From Mobula hypostoma (Eukaryota), in assembly GCF_963921235.1 (NCBI RefSeq), contig NC_086108.1, forward strand, positions 76,262,001-76,326,000: DNA of 64,000 nucleotides, given 5' to 3'. The position numbers and the translations under genes are program-made. Shown here piece after piece: positions 1 to 10,450 of this stretch. How positions within the stretch are numbered: the stretch's first letter is position 1; each line of letters starts with the position of its first letter. Under the pieces are notes generated by a model. The model was given only the letters and a program-made list of their open reading frames with translations. It was not told the origin of the DNA and made no database searches.

Positions 1-90
1 AGTTATCCAGACCAACCAAGTATATTGAATTGGCTACCCTATGATATGCAAGAATTGGCAACACGGTTCATGAACAGCTTTTCACACATA

Positions 91-727
91 TAAAAGTTGC
101 TGGTGAACGCAGCAGGCCAGGCAGCATCTCTAGGAAGAGGTGCAGTCGACGTTTCAGACCGAGACCCTTTGTCAGGACTAACTGAAGGAAGAGTGAGTAA
201 GGGATTTGAAAGTTGGAGGGGGAGGGGGAGATCCAAAATGATAGGAGAAGACAGGAGGGGGAGGGATGGAGCCAAGAGCTGGACAGGTGATCGGCAAAAG
301 GGATACGAGAGGATCATGGAACAGGAGGTCCAGGAAGAAAGACAAGGGGGGGGACCCAGAGGTTGGGCAAGGGGTATATTTAGAGGGACAGAGGGAGAAA
401 AAGGAGAGTGAGAGAAAGAATGTGTGTATAAAAATAAGTAACAGATGGGGTACGAGGGGGAGGTGGGGCATTAGCGGAAGTTGGAGAAGTCAATGTTCAT
501 GCCATCAGGTTGGAGGCTACCCAGATGGAATATAAGGTGTTGTTCCTCCAACCTGAGTGTGGCTTCATCTTTACAGTAGAGGAGGCCGTGGACAGACATG
601 TCAGAATGGGAATGGGATGTGGAATTAAAATGTGTGGCAACTGGGAGATCCTGCTTTCTCTGGCTGACAGAGCGTAGGCGTTCAGCAAAGCGGTCTCCCA
701 GTCTGCGTCGGGTCTCGCCAATATATA
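91..727 (-). repeat. Inverted pseudo-LTR arm (reverse complement of about 2308-2942)
   Basis: ORF 471-770(-) repeats YIGETRRRLGDRFAE...GMNIDFSNFR. The match ends at ATATATA (721-727), where the sequence switches to the + strand RT. Confidence 0.95.
144..179 (-). ncRNA. Hammerhead ribozyme motif in the inverted PLE arm (G8 mutated)
   Basis: The minus strand reads AGTC-CTGACAA-AGGGTCTCGGTCT-GAAA-CGTC-GACT. The GUC cleavage triplet is intact but CUGANGA has become CUGACAA. Confidence 0.7.
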
Positions 728-2563
728 CTCTCTGCTCTGCTCTCCACTTCCTCCACACTAATCCTAACATTATTAAACCCGCCGATAAGGGGGGTGCTGT
801 TGTAGTCTGGCGTACTGAACTCTACCTTGCCGAGGCACAGCGACAACTCGCGGATACCTCCTCTTATTTACCCCTCGATCGTGACCCCACTAAGGAGCAC
901 CAGGCCATTGTCTCCCACACCATCACCGACTTTATCCGCTCAGGGGATCTCCCATCCACTGCTACAAACCTTATAGTTCCCACACCTCGCACTTCCCGTT
1001 TCTGCCTCCTACCCAAGATCCACAAACCTGCCTGTCCTGGCCGACCTATCGTCTCAGCTTGCTCCTGCCCCACCGAACTCGTTTCTGCATACCTCGACAC
1101 GGTTTTATCCCGCCTTGTTCAATCCCTTCCTACCTATGTTCGTGACACTTCTCACGTTCTTAAACTTTTCGATGATTTTAAGTTCCCTGGCCCCCACCGC
1201 TTTATTTTCACCATGGATGTCCAGTCCCTATATACTTCCATCCCCCATCAGGAAGGTCTCAAAGCTCTACGCTTCCTTTTGGATTCCAGACCTAATCAGT
1301 TCCCCTCTACCACCACTCTGCTCCATCTAGCGGAATTAGTCCTTACTCTTAATAATTTCTCCTTTGGCTCCTCCCACTTCCTCCAAACTAAAGGTGTAGC
1401 TGTGGGCACCCGTATGGGTCCTAGCTATGCCTGCCTTTTTGTTGGGTTTGTGGAACAATCTATGTTCCGTGCCTATTCTGGTATCTGTCCCCCACTTTTC
1501 CTTCGCTACATCGACGACTGCATTGGCGCTGCTTCCTGCACACATGCAGAGCTCGTTGACTTTATTAACTTTGCCTCCAACTTTCACCCTGCCCTCGTTT
1601 ACCTGGTCCATTTCCGACACCTCCGTCCCCTTTCTAGATCTTTCTGTCTCTGTCTCTGGAGACAGCTTATCCACTGATGTCTACTATAAGCCTACTGACT
1701 CTCTCAGCTATCTCGACTATTCCTCTTCTCACCCTGTCTCTTGCAAAAACGCCATCCCCTTCTCGCAATTCCTCCGTCTCCACCGCATCTGCTCTCAGGA
1801 TGAGGCTTTTCATTCTAGGACGAGGGAGGTGTCTTCCTTTTTTAAAGAAAGGGGCTTCCCTTCCTCCACTATCAACTCTGCTCCTAAACGCATCTCCCTC
1901 ATTTCACGTACATCTGCTCTCACTCCATCCTCCCGCCACCCCACTAGGAATAGGGTTCCCCTGGTCCTCACCTACCATCCCACCAGCCTCCGGGTCCAAC
2001 ATATTATTCTCCGTAACTTCCGCCACCTCCAACGGGATCCCACCACTAAGCACATCTTTCCCTCTCTCTGCATTCCGTAGGGATCGCTCCCTACGCGACT
2101 CCCTTGTCCATTCGTCTCCCCCATCCCTCCCCACTGATCTCCCTCCTGGCGCTTATCCGTATAAGCGGAACAAGTGCTACACATGCCCTTACACTTCCTC
2201 CCTTACCACCATTCAGGGCCCCAAACAGTCCTTCCAGGTGAGGCAACACTTCACCTGTGAGTCGGCTGGGGTGATATACTGCGTCTGGTGCTCCTGATGT
2301 GGCCTTTTATATATTGGCGAGACCCGACGCAGACTGGGAGACCGCTTTGCTGAACACCTACGCTCTGTCCGCCAGAGGAAGCAGGATCTCCCAGTAGCCA
2401 CACATTTTAATTCCACATCCCATTCCCATTCTGACATGTCTATCCACGGCCTCCTCTACTGTAAAGATGAAGCCACACTCAGGTTGGAGGAACAACACCT
2501 TATATTCCGTCTGGGTAGCCTCCAACCTGATGGCATGAACATCGACTTCTCTAATTCCGCTAA
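728..2563 (+). pseudogene. PLE reverse transcriptase / GIY-YIG endonuclease ORF, disrupted
   Basis: Spread over ORFs 598-1677, 1427-2080, 1677-2297 and 2436-2654. Frameshifts near 1595 and 2065, in-frame TGA at 2295-2297, N-terminus missing. C-terminus reads GSLQPDGMNIDFSN. Confidence 0.9.
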
Positions 2564-2852
2564 TGCCCCACCTCCCCCTCGTACCCCATCTGTTACTCAT
2601 TTTTATGCACACATTCTTTCTCTCACTCTCCTTTTTCTCCCTCTGTCCCTCTGAATATACCCCTTGTCCATCCTCTGGGTCCCCCTGCCCCTCGTCTTTC
2701 TTCCCGGACCTCCTGTCCCATGATCCTCTCGTATCCCCTTTTGCCTATCACCTGTCCAGCTCTCGGCTCTATCCCTCCCCCTCCTGTCTTCTCCTATCAT
2801 TTTGGATCTCCCCCTCCAACTTTCAAATCCCTTACTCACTCTTCCTTCAGTT

Positions 2853-2888
2853 AGTCCTGACGAAGGGTCTCGGCCTGAAACGTTGACT
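2853..2888 (+). ncRNA. Minimal type I hammerhead ribozyme motif in the PLE 3' region
   Basis: AGTC-CTGACGA-AGGGTCTCGGCCT-GAAA-CGTT-GACT: stem I AGUC/GACU, CUGANGA and GAAA core boxes, a short stem II, a loopless ACGU stem III and NUH triplet GUU. Minimal hammerheads are a known feature of PLE pseudo-LTRs. Confidence 0.8.
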
Positions 2889-3699
2889 GCACCTCTTCCT
2901 AGAGATGCTGCCTGGCCTGTTGCGTTCACCAGCAACTTTTATGTGTTTTGCTTGAATTTCCAGCATCTGCAGAATTCCTGTTGTTTGAGCTTTTCACACA
3001 TACTCAGTTCAGCAAGTCCACAATGTTGCAAATGTTCAATAAATTGGCATATCTTATATACCTTTTATGAATATAGTTCAACATAGTTCAATGTTTGATG
3101 GAATGAAAAAGCCTAATTTATTGACACATGTGTCAAAGAACAAAGGACAACTCCTAGAAGTTACACAACAGACTGGGGCAGTTCCTGCACCACATTACAA
3201 AGACTAGAATGGGAGAGATAATCATGGGTATGCCAGATAACAAAGGATCATTAAGACGCAGAACGGTTAATAAATAGAACTTTTAAAATGTAGGACTAAA
3301 GTTATGGGAAACAGTTATATTTGAAAAATTGCCAATGTGATGTAATATCATTACAATATTTACAATTCTATCAAAATAACTTAACTATTGACATAAATAT
3401 GCAAAATATTGAACGTCTGAGTTCTTCACACAGGGTGTCAAGTGCCAGAAAAAATTCATCTTTGAAGGAAATGGGATACCTTTTGGCTGGCATGGTTTAC
3501 ATCAGAGATTAGTGGGTGTAGGTTAGTGAGTTTAAAGATTGGATCAATAAGGAGATAATCTTTTCTGGTCCTGTATAATCCTTTTTCTTTAAGGATATAA
3601 GGGGAAGTAGCCCAAGAATGGAGAGCATTAGAGTGGTACTTTAGGAAATAGTCCACGGAGCAGAAAAAAGACCAATGATCTATAGTGAAAATTTAAAAA

Positions 3700-3915
3700 C
3701 AAAAACTGCTAATACTGGAAATCCAAAACAAAAACAGAAAATGGAGGAAATAATGTGATCATCTATTTTTCATCTGTGGGAAGACGAACAGAGTTGTCAC
3801 TTCAAGCTAAGGACCTAAACGCCCAATGACAATGAACTATGTCTTCCACCTGAAACGTTAATCCAGTTTCTCTTCACATTGGAAATTTCCAGTACTTCAA
3901 GTTTTATATTAGATT
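3700..3915. mobile_element. Old, degenerate PLE-tail fold-back
   Basis: Minus-strand tail-like sequence (aaactgct..actggaaatcc..aaacagaaaatggaggaa) followed by + strand ctgaaacgttaa..tttctcttcac..tttccagtac. Highly diverged. Confidence 0.4.
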
Positions 3916-4040
3916 TAAAGTATTCAGCCAGCTTTTTGCTATTTGCAAAAATATGCACAGAGGTTACAAATATCAGTCCATGTGAACTACATTCTCCCAA
4001 TTTAGAATGATTAGCCAGAGGAAACAAAATTCTGCAGATG

Positions 4041-4174
4041 GAACTCAGCAGGTTGGGCAGCATCTGTGGAAACGATCAGTCGACGTTTCCACGGATGCTG
4101 CCCGACCTGCTGAGTTCCTCCAGTGTGTTGTGAGTGTTGCTTTGATCCTAGCATCTGCAGATTATTTTGTGTTT
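4041..4174 (+). mobile_element. 134-bp mini-PLE: inverted 3' tail plus forward 3' tail
   Basis: 15-bp TSD AAAATTCTGCAGATG at 4026-4040 and 4175-4189. Arms GAACTCAGCAGGTTGGGCAGCATCTGTGGAAACG / CGTTTCCACGGATGCTGCCCGACCTGCTGAGTTC. Resembles 2880-2987. Confidence 0.85.
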
Positions 4175-4689
4175 AAAATTCTGCAGATGTTTACACAAAA
4201 TGCTATAGATGCTGAACGTCTGAAACAAAACCAGAAAATGTAGGAAAGACTCAGTAGATAAGATAGGAATCTCTGGAAGCTCACTAACTTTTCATCCCTT
4301 GTTCTTGTCTTCCTGCCATTTATCAAAAGTAAGCTTTACAAACAGCAGCTCCTCTCCTAACAAGGTAAATTATGGCCCTCAAGGCTCAATAATGAATTCA
4401 ACATTATGAGGATGTCCAGTTACATAACCGTTTCTTCTGGTAATTCCAGGTAATTATTCTGCATTCACACTTTCTCTCACCTTGTACAGTAGACTAATAC
4501 CCTTTAGGTATTTAGTCCTGCTTATCCTTCCATCGAAGAAAAGCTACTTTTTCCCCTCTACTCCCTGCCACAGCCAAGGATGCTCACCAGCACCCGAGCT
4601 TCCTCGGAAAGCTGAAGAAAGTTTGCATGTCCACTTTGACCCTCACCAATTTTTATTGATGCCTCACAGCTTAGTATAGCAAGTGCTCT

Positions 4690-5150
4690 GCGCATGACCG
4701 CAAGAAACTGCAGAGTAGTGGATGTAGCTCAGAACATCATAGAAACCAACCTCCCCTCCATGGACTCTGTCTACACTTCTCGCTGCCTTGGTAAAGCAGC
4801 CAGCATAATCAGACCCCATTCACCCAAGACATTCTCTCTTCTCTCCTCTCCCACTGGGCTGAAGATGCAAAAGCCTGAAAGCATGTGGCTCAGGGACAGC
4901 TTCCACCCCGCTGTAAAGCTACTAGGTTTCCTAGTCTGATAAAATGGGCTCTTGATCTCACAACCTACCTCATTACAACCTTGCGCCTTACTGTTACTTG
5001 CACAGCACTTTATTGTGCATAGTATTATTATTTTCACTTGCACTACTTCAGTGCACCATTGTTATGAATTAATCTGTATGAATGGTATGCAAGATAAGTT
5101 TACACTGTTCTTAAATGTTTACATGGCAACAGAGCTTTTCTAAATAAATA
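4690..5150 (+). mobile_element. Rex1/Babar-type LINE 3' fragment
   Basis: RVVDVAQNIIETNLPSMDSVYTSRCLGKAASII..PHSP is the C-terminal motif shared with the other Rex copies here. Confidence 0.7.
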
Positions 5151-6767
5151 GTTTAACTTTACTTTAAGTCCCATCCCCTTTTGCTCAATGCAGCAGATAG
5201 AAGAGCTTACTCAATTTTACAAGTCAGAAATTTCTGGACGGATTATCATACACTAGCCCATTCTGAGCAAGAGAATAGGTGAATGAAGTTGATTTCTGAT
5301 TTCTCCCCCTTCAACTACGTCAAAAATTGGCTTGTGGGGTAGTCAATCACACAGGGAAATGATAACAATGAAATCCTAAAAATCATCCAAACGCTATATA
5401 CATCATACGACTCAGATGAGCACATTTAAAGATGGCATGGATGCAATAGCTTGTGTGAAGCCCTCAATTTGCCTCTAGAAATGACAATGGATCTGAAAGA
5501 GATTTTTTATCTTCAACATCCCCTTCTGGTAAAACAAAAATTTGTTCTTTCATTGAAATTTTGAACCTTTTAAAATGAATAGCTTCTCCAATCCTGCAAA
5601 GCACTCCAAAAATATTCAATCTCAATGCAAGTTAATGCATCATATATTTGCCTTAGGTTATGATAAACTACTTTTAGATTTAAAAGAACATTCGGGTGGG
5701 CTATCAAATGATCCAAATAGCAATTATACCAGATAAAACTGTTAACTATTATTCAAGAATACAGTCATCTTGAAAATGGAAAATAGTTCATCCTCATTTA
5801 ATCTTAACAGTGCTTTTTCAAGATTACTGCAAGATTAAGGCAGGGTATAAGGACCAGGAATATTCATTTTTGAACTGTCATGTGAAACTTCATAACTCCA
5901 TTATAATATCCTGAATGCTATTTATGGAAACTGGGAATCACTGCAAGTTTTTTGCAGAAACTAATAATGCAGCATGATATTTATATTGAAGGGTTCATAA
6001 TTTTCCCAAAGTTTACACGATCCTCTATAACTGCAGACTTTTTAATTTTTGCAGTTTAAATGATTAACCATTCAGATTTACATTGAACTCAGTCAAAAGA
6101 ATTCCAGAAATTAATTAACTGAAAACTAACGGCAGATTATTATGTAAGTTAATGAAATTTGATGGGCAACAATTTGAATCATACAATTCCTCTATGATTA
6201 CAATGTAACTGGTAGATAATCGCTGTACATCAGGTTTAGCAACAGAAAAGATCCAAAAATTCACAGCTGCAGACCACATTTAGCCCACTGGTGGTGACGA
6301 GTGCAAGTTTACATTGGATGAGGAAAATACTGGTGACTTTGTGTCTATAGTTGTCCTCAGTGTGGTGGTCTGCATCTTCTTTGAACCACTGCAATCCAAA
6401 TGCTTCTTAGATGGTGTTGGGCAGGGAATCATTCAATGATCAAGATGAAATAGAAATACATGCCCATGTTAGGATGATAAAGTATGGTTTTCCCATTATC
6501 TCATTGTTTCTACCCTTTCAGATGTTAAAGCTATGGCGTTGAGAGATGCGATCAGACTAAGTCATTTGATATGGAAAGTTGATTCGGAAGATAAAGATGC
6601 ATGGGATCTAGGGTGAATTGCAAGTTTAGATTTGGAACTGGCCCATAGACGATAGAGAATTGAGGTGGAAGGCTGTTATTCTGGCTAATCTTTGGCTTCC
6701 GTACCTCCTTATGCAACTGGATCCTTAAGTTCCTCACATTCAGACCCCAGTCAATTCAGATTAGCAA

Positions 6768-7260
6768 CAACATAGAACAGAAATTTACAGCACATTACAA
6801 TGGTTCACAATGTTGTGCCGACCATGTAACCTACTCTAGAGACTGCCTAGAATATCCCTAGCGCATAGCCCTCTACCTTTTTAAGCTCCATGTACCTATC
6901 TAAGAGGCTCTTAAAAGACCCTATTGTACCCGCTTCCACCACCACCACCGGCAGTGCATTCCATGCACCCACCACTCTCTGTGTGAAAAACATACCCCTG
7001 ACATCCCCTCGGTACCCATTTCCAAGCACCTTAGAACTATGCCCCCTCGTGTTAGCCACTTGAGCCATGGGAAAAAGCCTTTGGCTATCCACATGTTCAA
7101 TGCCTCTCATCATCTTATACACCCCTATCTGGTCACATCTCATCCTCCATTGCTCCAAGGAGAAAAGGTCAAGTAAACTCAACCTATTCTTATAAGGTAC
7201 GCCCTCCAATCCAGGCAACATCCTTGTAAATCTCCTCTGCACACTCTATACAGTATCCAC
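6768..7260 (-). mobile_element. CR1 LINE 3' fragment
   Basis: ORF 6847-7242: QRRFTRMLPGLEG..YKNRL..LFSLEQWRMR..VYKMMRG..TRGHS..FFTQRVVGAWNALP. Confidence 0.9.
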
Positions 7261-7334
7261 AAACATCTCCCAATCTCCATCAGCACAGGTGCCCCACAAG
7301 GCTGTATGCTTAGCCGTCAACTCTCCTCGTTTTA

Positions 7335-7540
7335 TTTATTCATTTATTGAGATACAGAGTGGAATAGGACCTTCTGGCCCTTTAAGCCGTGCCGTCTGAT
7401 TTAATCCTAGCCTAATCATGGGACAATGTACAATGACTAACTAACCTGCCAAGCCATACATCTTTAGCCTGTGGGAGGAAACTGGAGGATCCGGAGGAAA
7501 TCCATGTGGTCACAGGGAGAACGTACAGACAGCGACGGGA
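7335..7540 (-). mobile_element. V-SINE (HE1-like)
   Basis: Reverse complement of the V-domain GTTCTCCC.GTGAC..TGG.TTTCCTCCGG.T.CTCC.GTTTCCTCCCACA. Near-identical layout at 58920 and 61655. Confidence 0.8.
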
Positions 7541-8624
7541 CTTTTATACTTATACTTATGACTGTGAGGCTAAGCACAGCTTCAATTCCATAATTAAATT
7601 TGCTTATGACACCACTGTCTTTGGCCAAATCAGCATATAGGAGGGAAAATGAAAATCTGGCTAAGTGGTGCCACAGCAATAACCTCTCATTCAATGCCAG
7701 CAAGACCAAGGACCTGATTATTGACTTCCAAAGGAGGAATGTGGTGTGTTCCCATCGGGTGATCAAAAGTAGAGAGGGTCAGGAACTTTAATTTTCTCAG
7801 TGTTATCACATCAGAGGATCTGTCCTTGATCCAGCACATAAGTGCCATTACGAAGAAAGGATGGCAGTGTCTCTACTTTCTTAAAAGTTTGTCAAGTTTC
7901 AGCATGTCATCTAAAACTTTGACAAATTTCTATATACGTGGTAGAGAGTATATTGACTAGTTGCATCATGGCCTGGTATGGAAACACCAATGTCCTTGAA
8001 TGGAAAAGCCTACAAAAAGTAGTAGATACAGCCCAGTCTATCATGAGTAAACCCCTCCCCATCATTGAGCACATCTACACAAAACATCTACACAAAGCGC
8101 CTACAGATAGTGAGGCTAATGATTAGCCTCATTCTCGCAGGAAAACAGCATTCCATCATCAGGGACCCCCACCACCCAGGACATACTCTCTTCTCGCTGT
8201 TGTTACCAGGAAGAAGGCATCAGAACCTCAGACTCACACCACCAGGTTCAGGGACAGTTACTACCCTCAACCATCAGGTTCTTGAACTAAATGGGATAAC
8301 TTCACTCAATTTCACTTGCCCCATTATTGAAATATTCCCACAACGAATGGATTCACTTTCAAACACTCTTCATCTCATATTCTCAATACTTGTTGCTTAT
8401 TTATTTATATTATTGTTTCTTCTTTTTGCATTTTCACAGTTTGTTGTCTTCTACACTCTGGCTGAATACCCTAGTTGGGCAGTCTTTCATTGATTCTGAT
8501 ATGGTTATTATTCTACAGATTTGTTGAGTATGCCCATAAGAAAATGAATCTCAGTGTTGTATATAGTGACATATATGTAATTTGATAATAAATTTTACTT
8601 CTAATTTTGAACTTTGATATCACT

Positions 8625-9160
8625 TACAGATATGGGCAGAGAAGTGGCAGATGGAGTTTAATTTGGGCACCTATGAGGTATTGCACTCTTGGAGGTCAAA
8701 CGAAATGAGAGTGTATATAGTTAATGGTACACTCCTTATAGCATTAAAGTACAGAGGGATCTTGGGGTCCATGTCCATAGTTCACTGAATGTGGCTACAC
8801 AAGTGTGTAGGGTGGTAAAGAAGGTATATGGCATGGTTGGTAGCGTAATCATATAAAGAAGTCATGCTGCAGTTATATCAAACTTTCCTCAGACTGCTCT
8901 TGGAGTATTATACAGAGTTCTGTTTGCCCCATTATAGGAAGGATGTAGAGACTGTCAAAAGGAAGGAGAAGAGGTTCACGAGGATATTACCAAAATTATA
9001 ATGTGTGAGCTATAAGGATTTGGATTGTTAAGCCTATATATTGAACAGTGTTCTAAAGAAGGTGAGGAGATCTCATAGCAACTAAAAATTCTAATAGGAC
9101 GTGGCAGACTAGATATTCCAGATGGCTGGAGAGCCCATAACCAAAGGTCACAGCTGGCCT
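8625..9160 (+). mobile_element. CR1 LINE fragment (degenerate)
   Basis: aagtggcagatggagtttaat..cagagggatcttggggtcc..ttggagtatt..ccccattataggaaggatgt motifs. Confidence 0.75.
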
Positions 9161-10269
9161 TGCAATGGAGAAGTCATTATTGTTGCAGAAACTGCAGATG
9201 TTGTTTTGCAGACAATAATTGTGGAAATTGAATCTGGGAGCTGTTGAGTAAAATTGTAATGAAATACTCCAATGATCAGTATATTGAAGCCTACCTAATT
9301 TAATGAAAGAAATACAAATTTGCAAATTATAATTACCCTTATGTAAAATAATATTAACAAGGACACTGATAACCTTGCATTGATTTTTCAATGTAATCTG
9401 TTCTCATTGATCAGATGCTCCAATTGTAACTGGCTGGCTATAGCCTGAGGATTTCTTAAAGTTATCATGAAAAGAAACCTCTAAATGTCCTCAGCAAAAA
9501 AATGAAGCTTATTTTATATTTTTTTCATCCATTTCAAACTATAAAATGTGTTTAATATGATGTGAAGGCAATGGCCTAGTTAGTACAAAGAAGATGAGAA
9601 CTGCAACCTAAAGTAGGTAATTGCACTAACCCTCTAGGAATGACCTATGGAATTCTGTGTAATAGGCTGCCTGACAGGTGTCTTGCAGGCATATCCTAGA
9701 AAAACATGCTGAAAGGTTGCCAATGAACACTTAAGTGATAACCTGTGTTTGTCAGGAAAGTTCTACAATAAAATGGGCTGATTAAGTTGCAACATTGAGG
9801 AGTTTAATCAAAAACTCAGGTGCTATTTACTGTCCTAGATATGCCAGTCAAAATGGAGGTCACAGCTAGTTGAGAAATCAAGACTTAATTTTATGATATT
9901 TAAAAGGATGCTTAAAAGTTGTCAATTATCAATTGATAATAATTATTCTACCACTCATAGTTTCAGCACTGATCAGGTAATAGTTAACTTATCATGAATT
10001 TAAAAGATAAATCACAGTTCTGTTCAAAGTAGTTATAATATTTCATGGTGCAGTACAGTGGAACTACAAATTCTTCTGCTTTGGAACATTAAGTTGCATC
10101 TATACTCTCTAATCAAAATAATTCCCCATCTTAACCTTGCTTTTGAGGGAGATGCTTGTCAAAATGGGAATATCCTCAAGCAAATGTGAACAGAAAATCA
10201 AGGAGTTGTCCAAAGTCTTCTTTCTGCTGACACACAGGTCATTACAGTACGACACGTAGTTCTGGAATA

Positions 10270-10450
10270 TACGCACTGGTACAGTGGTATTGTAGGTACT
10301 GCAGCTGTTTTATTAATCCAGCAATCCAGTTCAATTCTGACTTCTGCTGCCAATGTGTGTGGAGACTGCACATCCTCCCTGTGACCTTGTGGGCTTCCCC
10401 CAGCTGTTCTGATTTTGTCCCACAATGGGCTGATCGTTCATTTAATTAGC
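10270..10450 (+). mobile_element. V-SINE, degenerate
   Basis: tRNA-like head (tggtacagtggta..gttcaattctgac) followed by a V-domain (gtgtggag..ctccctgtgacc..gtggg). Confidence 0.65.

Larger units (their letters stand above)
91..2987 (+). mobile_element. Penelope-like retroelement (Neptune-type), 5'-truncated, preceded by an inverted copy of its 3' end
   Basis: RT motifs (IIKPADKGGAVVVW, LLPKIHKP..PGRPIVS, MDVQSLYTSIP, GVAVGTRMGPSYA, RYIDD), a Cys-rich linker and a GIY-YIG domain (VIYCVWCS..LYIGET). A 15-bp direct repeat AGCTTTTCACACATA at 76-90 and 2988-3002 is the TSD. Confidence 0.95.
6710..8615 (+). mobile_element. Rex1/Babar LINE RT-to-3' fragment, interrupted by a CR1 and a V-SINE
   Basis: STGAPQGCML, KWCHSNNLSFNASKTKDLIIDF and VESILTSCIMAWYGN..LQKVVDTAQSI motifs, then a 3' UTR ending aataaa..tttgaactttg. 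Confidence 0.8.

Noticed and set aside
39..535. Overlapping 89-104 aa ORFs, mirrored at 2563-3086
   Set aside because: Chance ORFs in the purine/pyrimidine-skewed PLE 3' UTR, duplicated only because the arm is duplicated.
598..1677. 359-aa ORF as an intact RT gene
   Set aside because: It is chimeric. The first 43 or so codons are antisense GIY-YIG sequence from the inverted arm, and the RT frame shifts near 1595.
8065..8493. 142-aa ORF with a hydrophobic C-terminus as a membrane protein
   Set aside because: Rex LINE C-terminus (IIRDPHHPGHTLFSLL) reading through into a T-rich 3' UTR.
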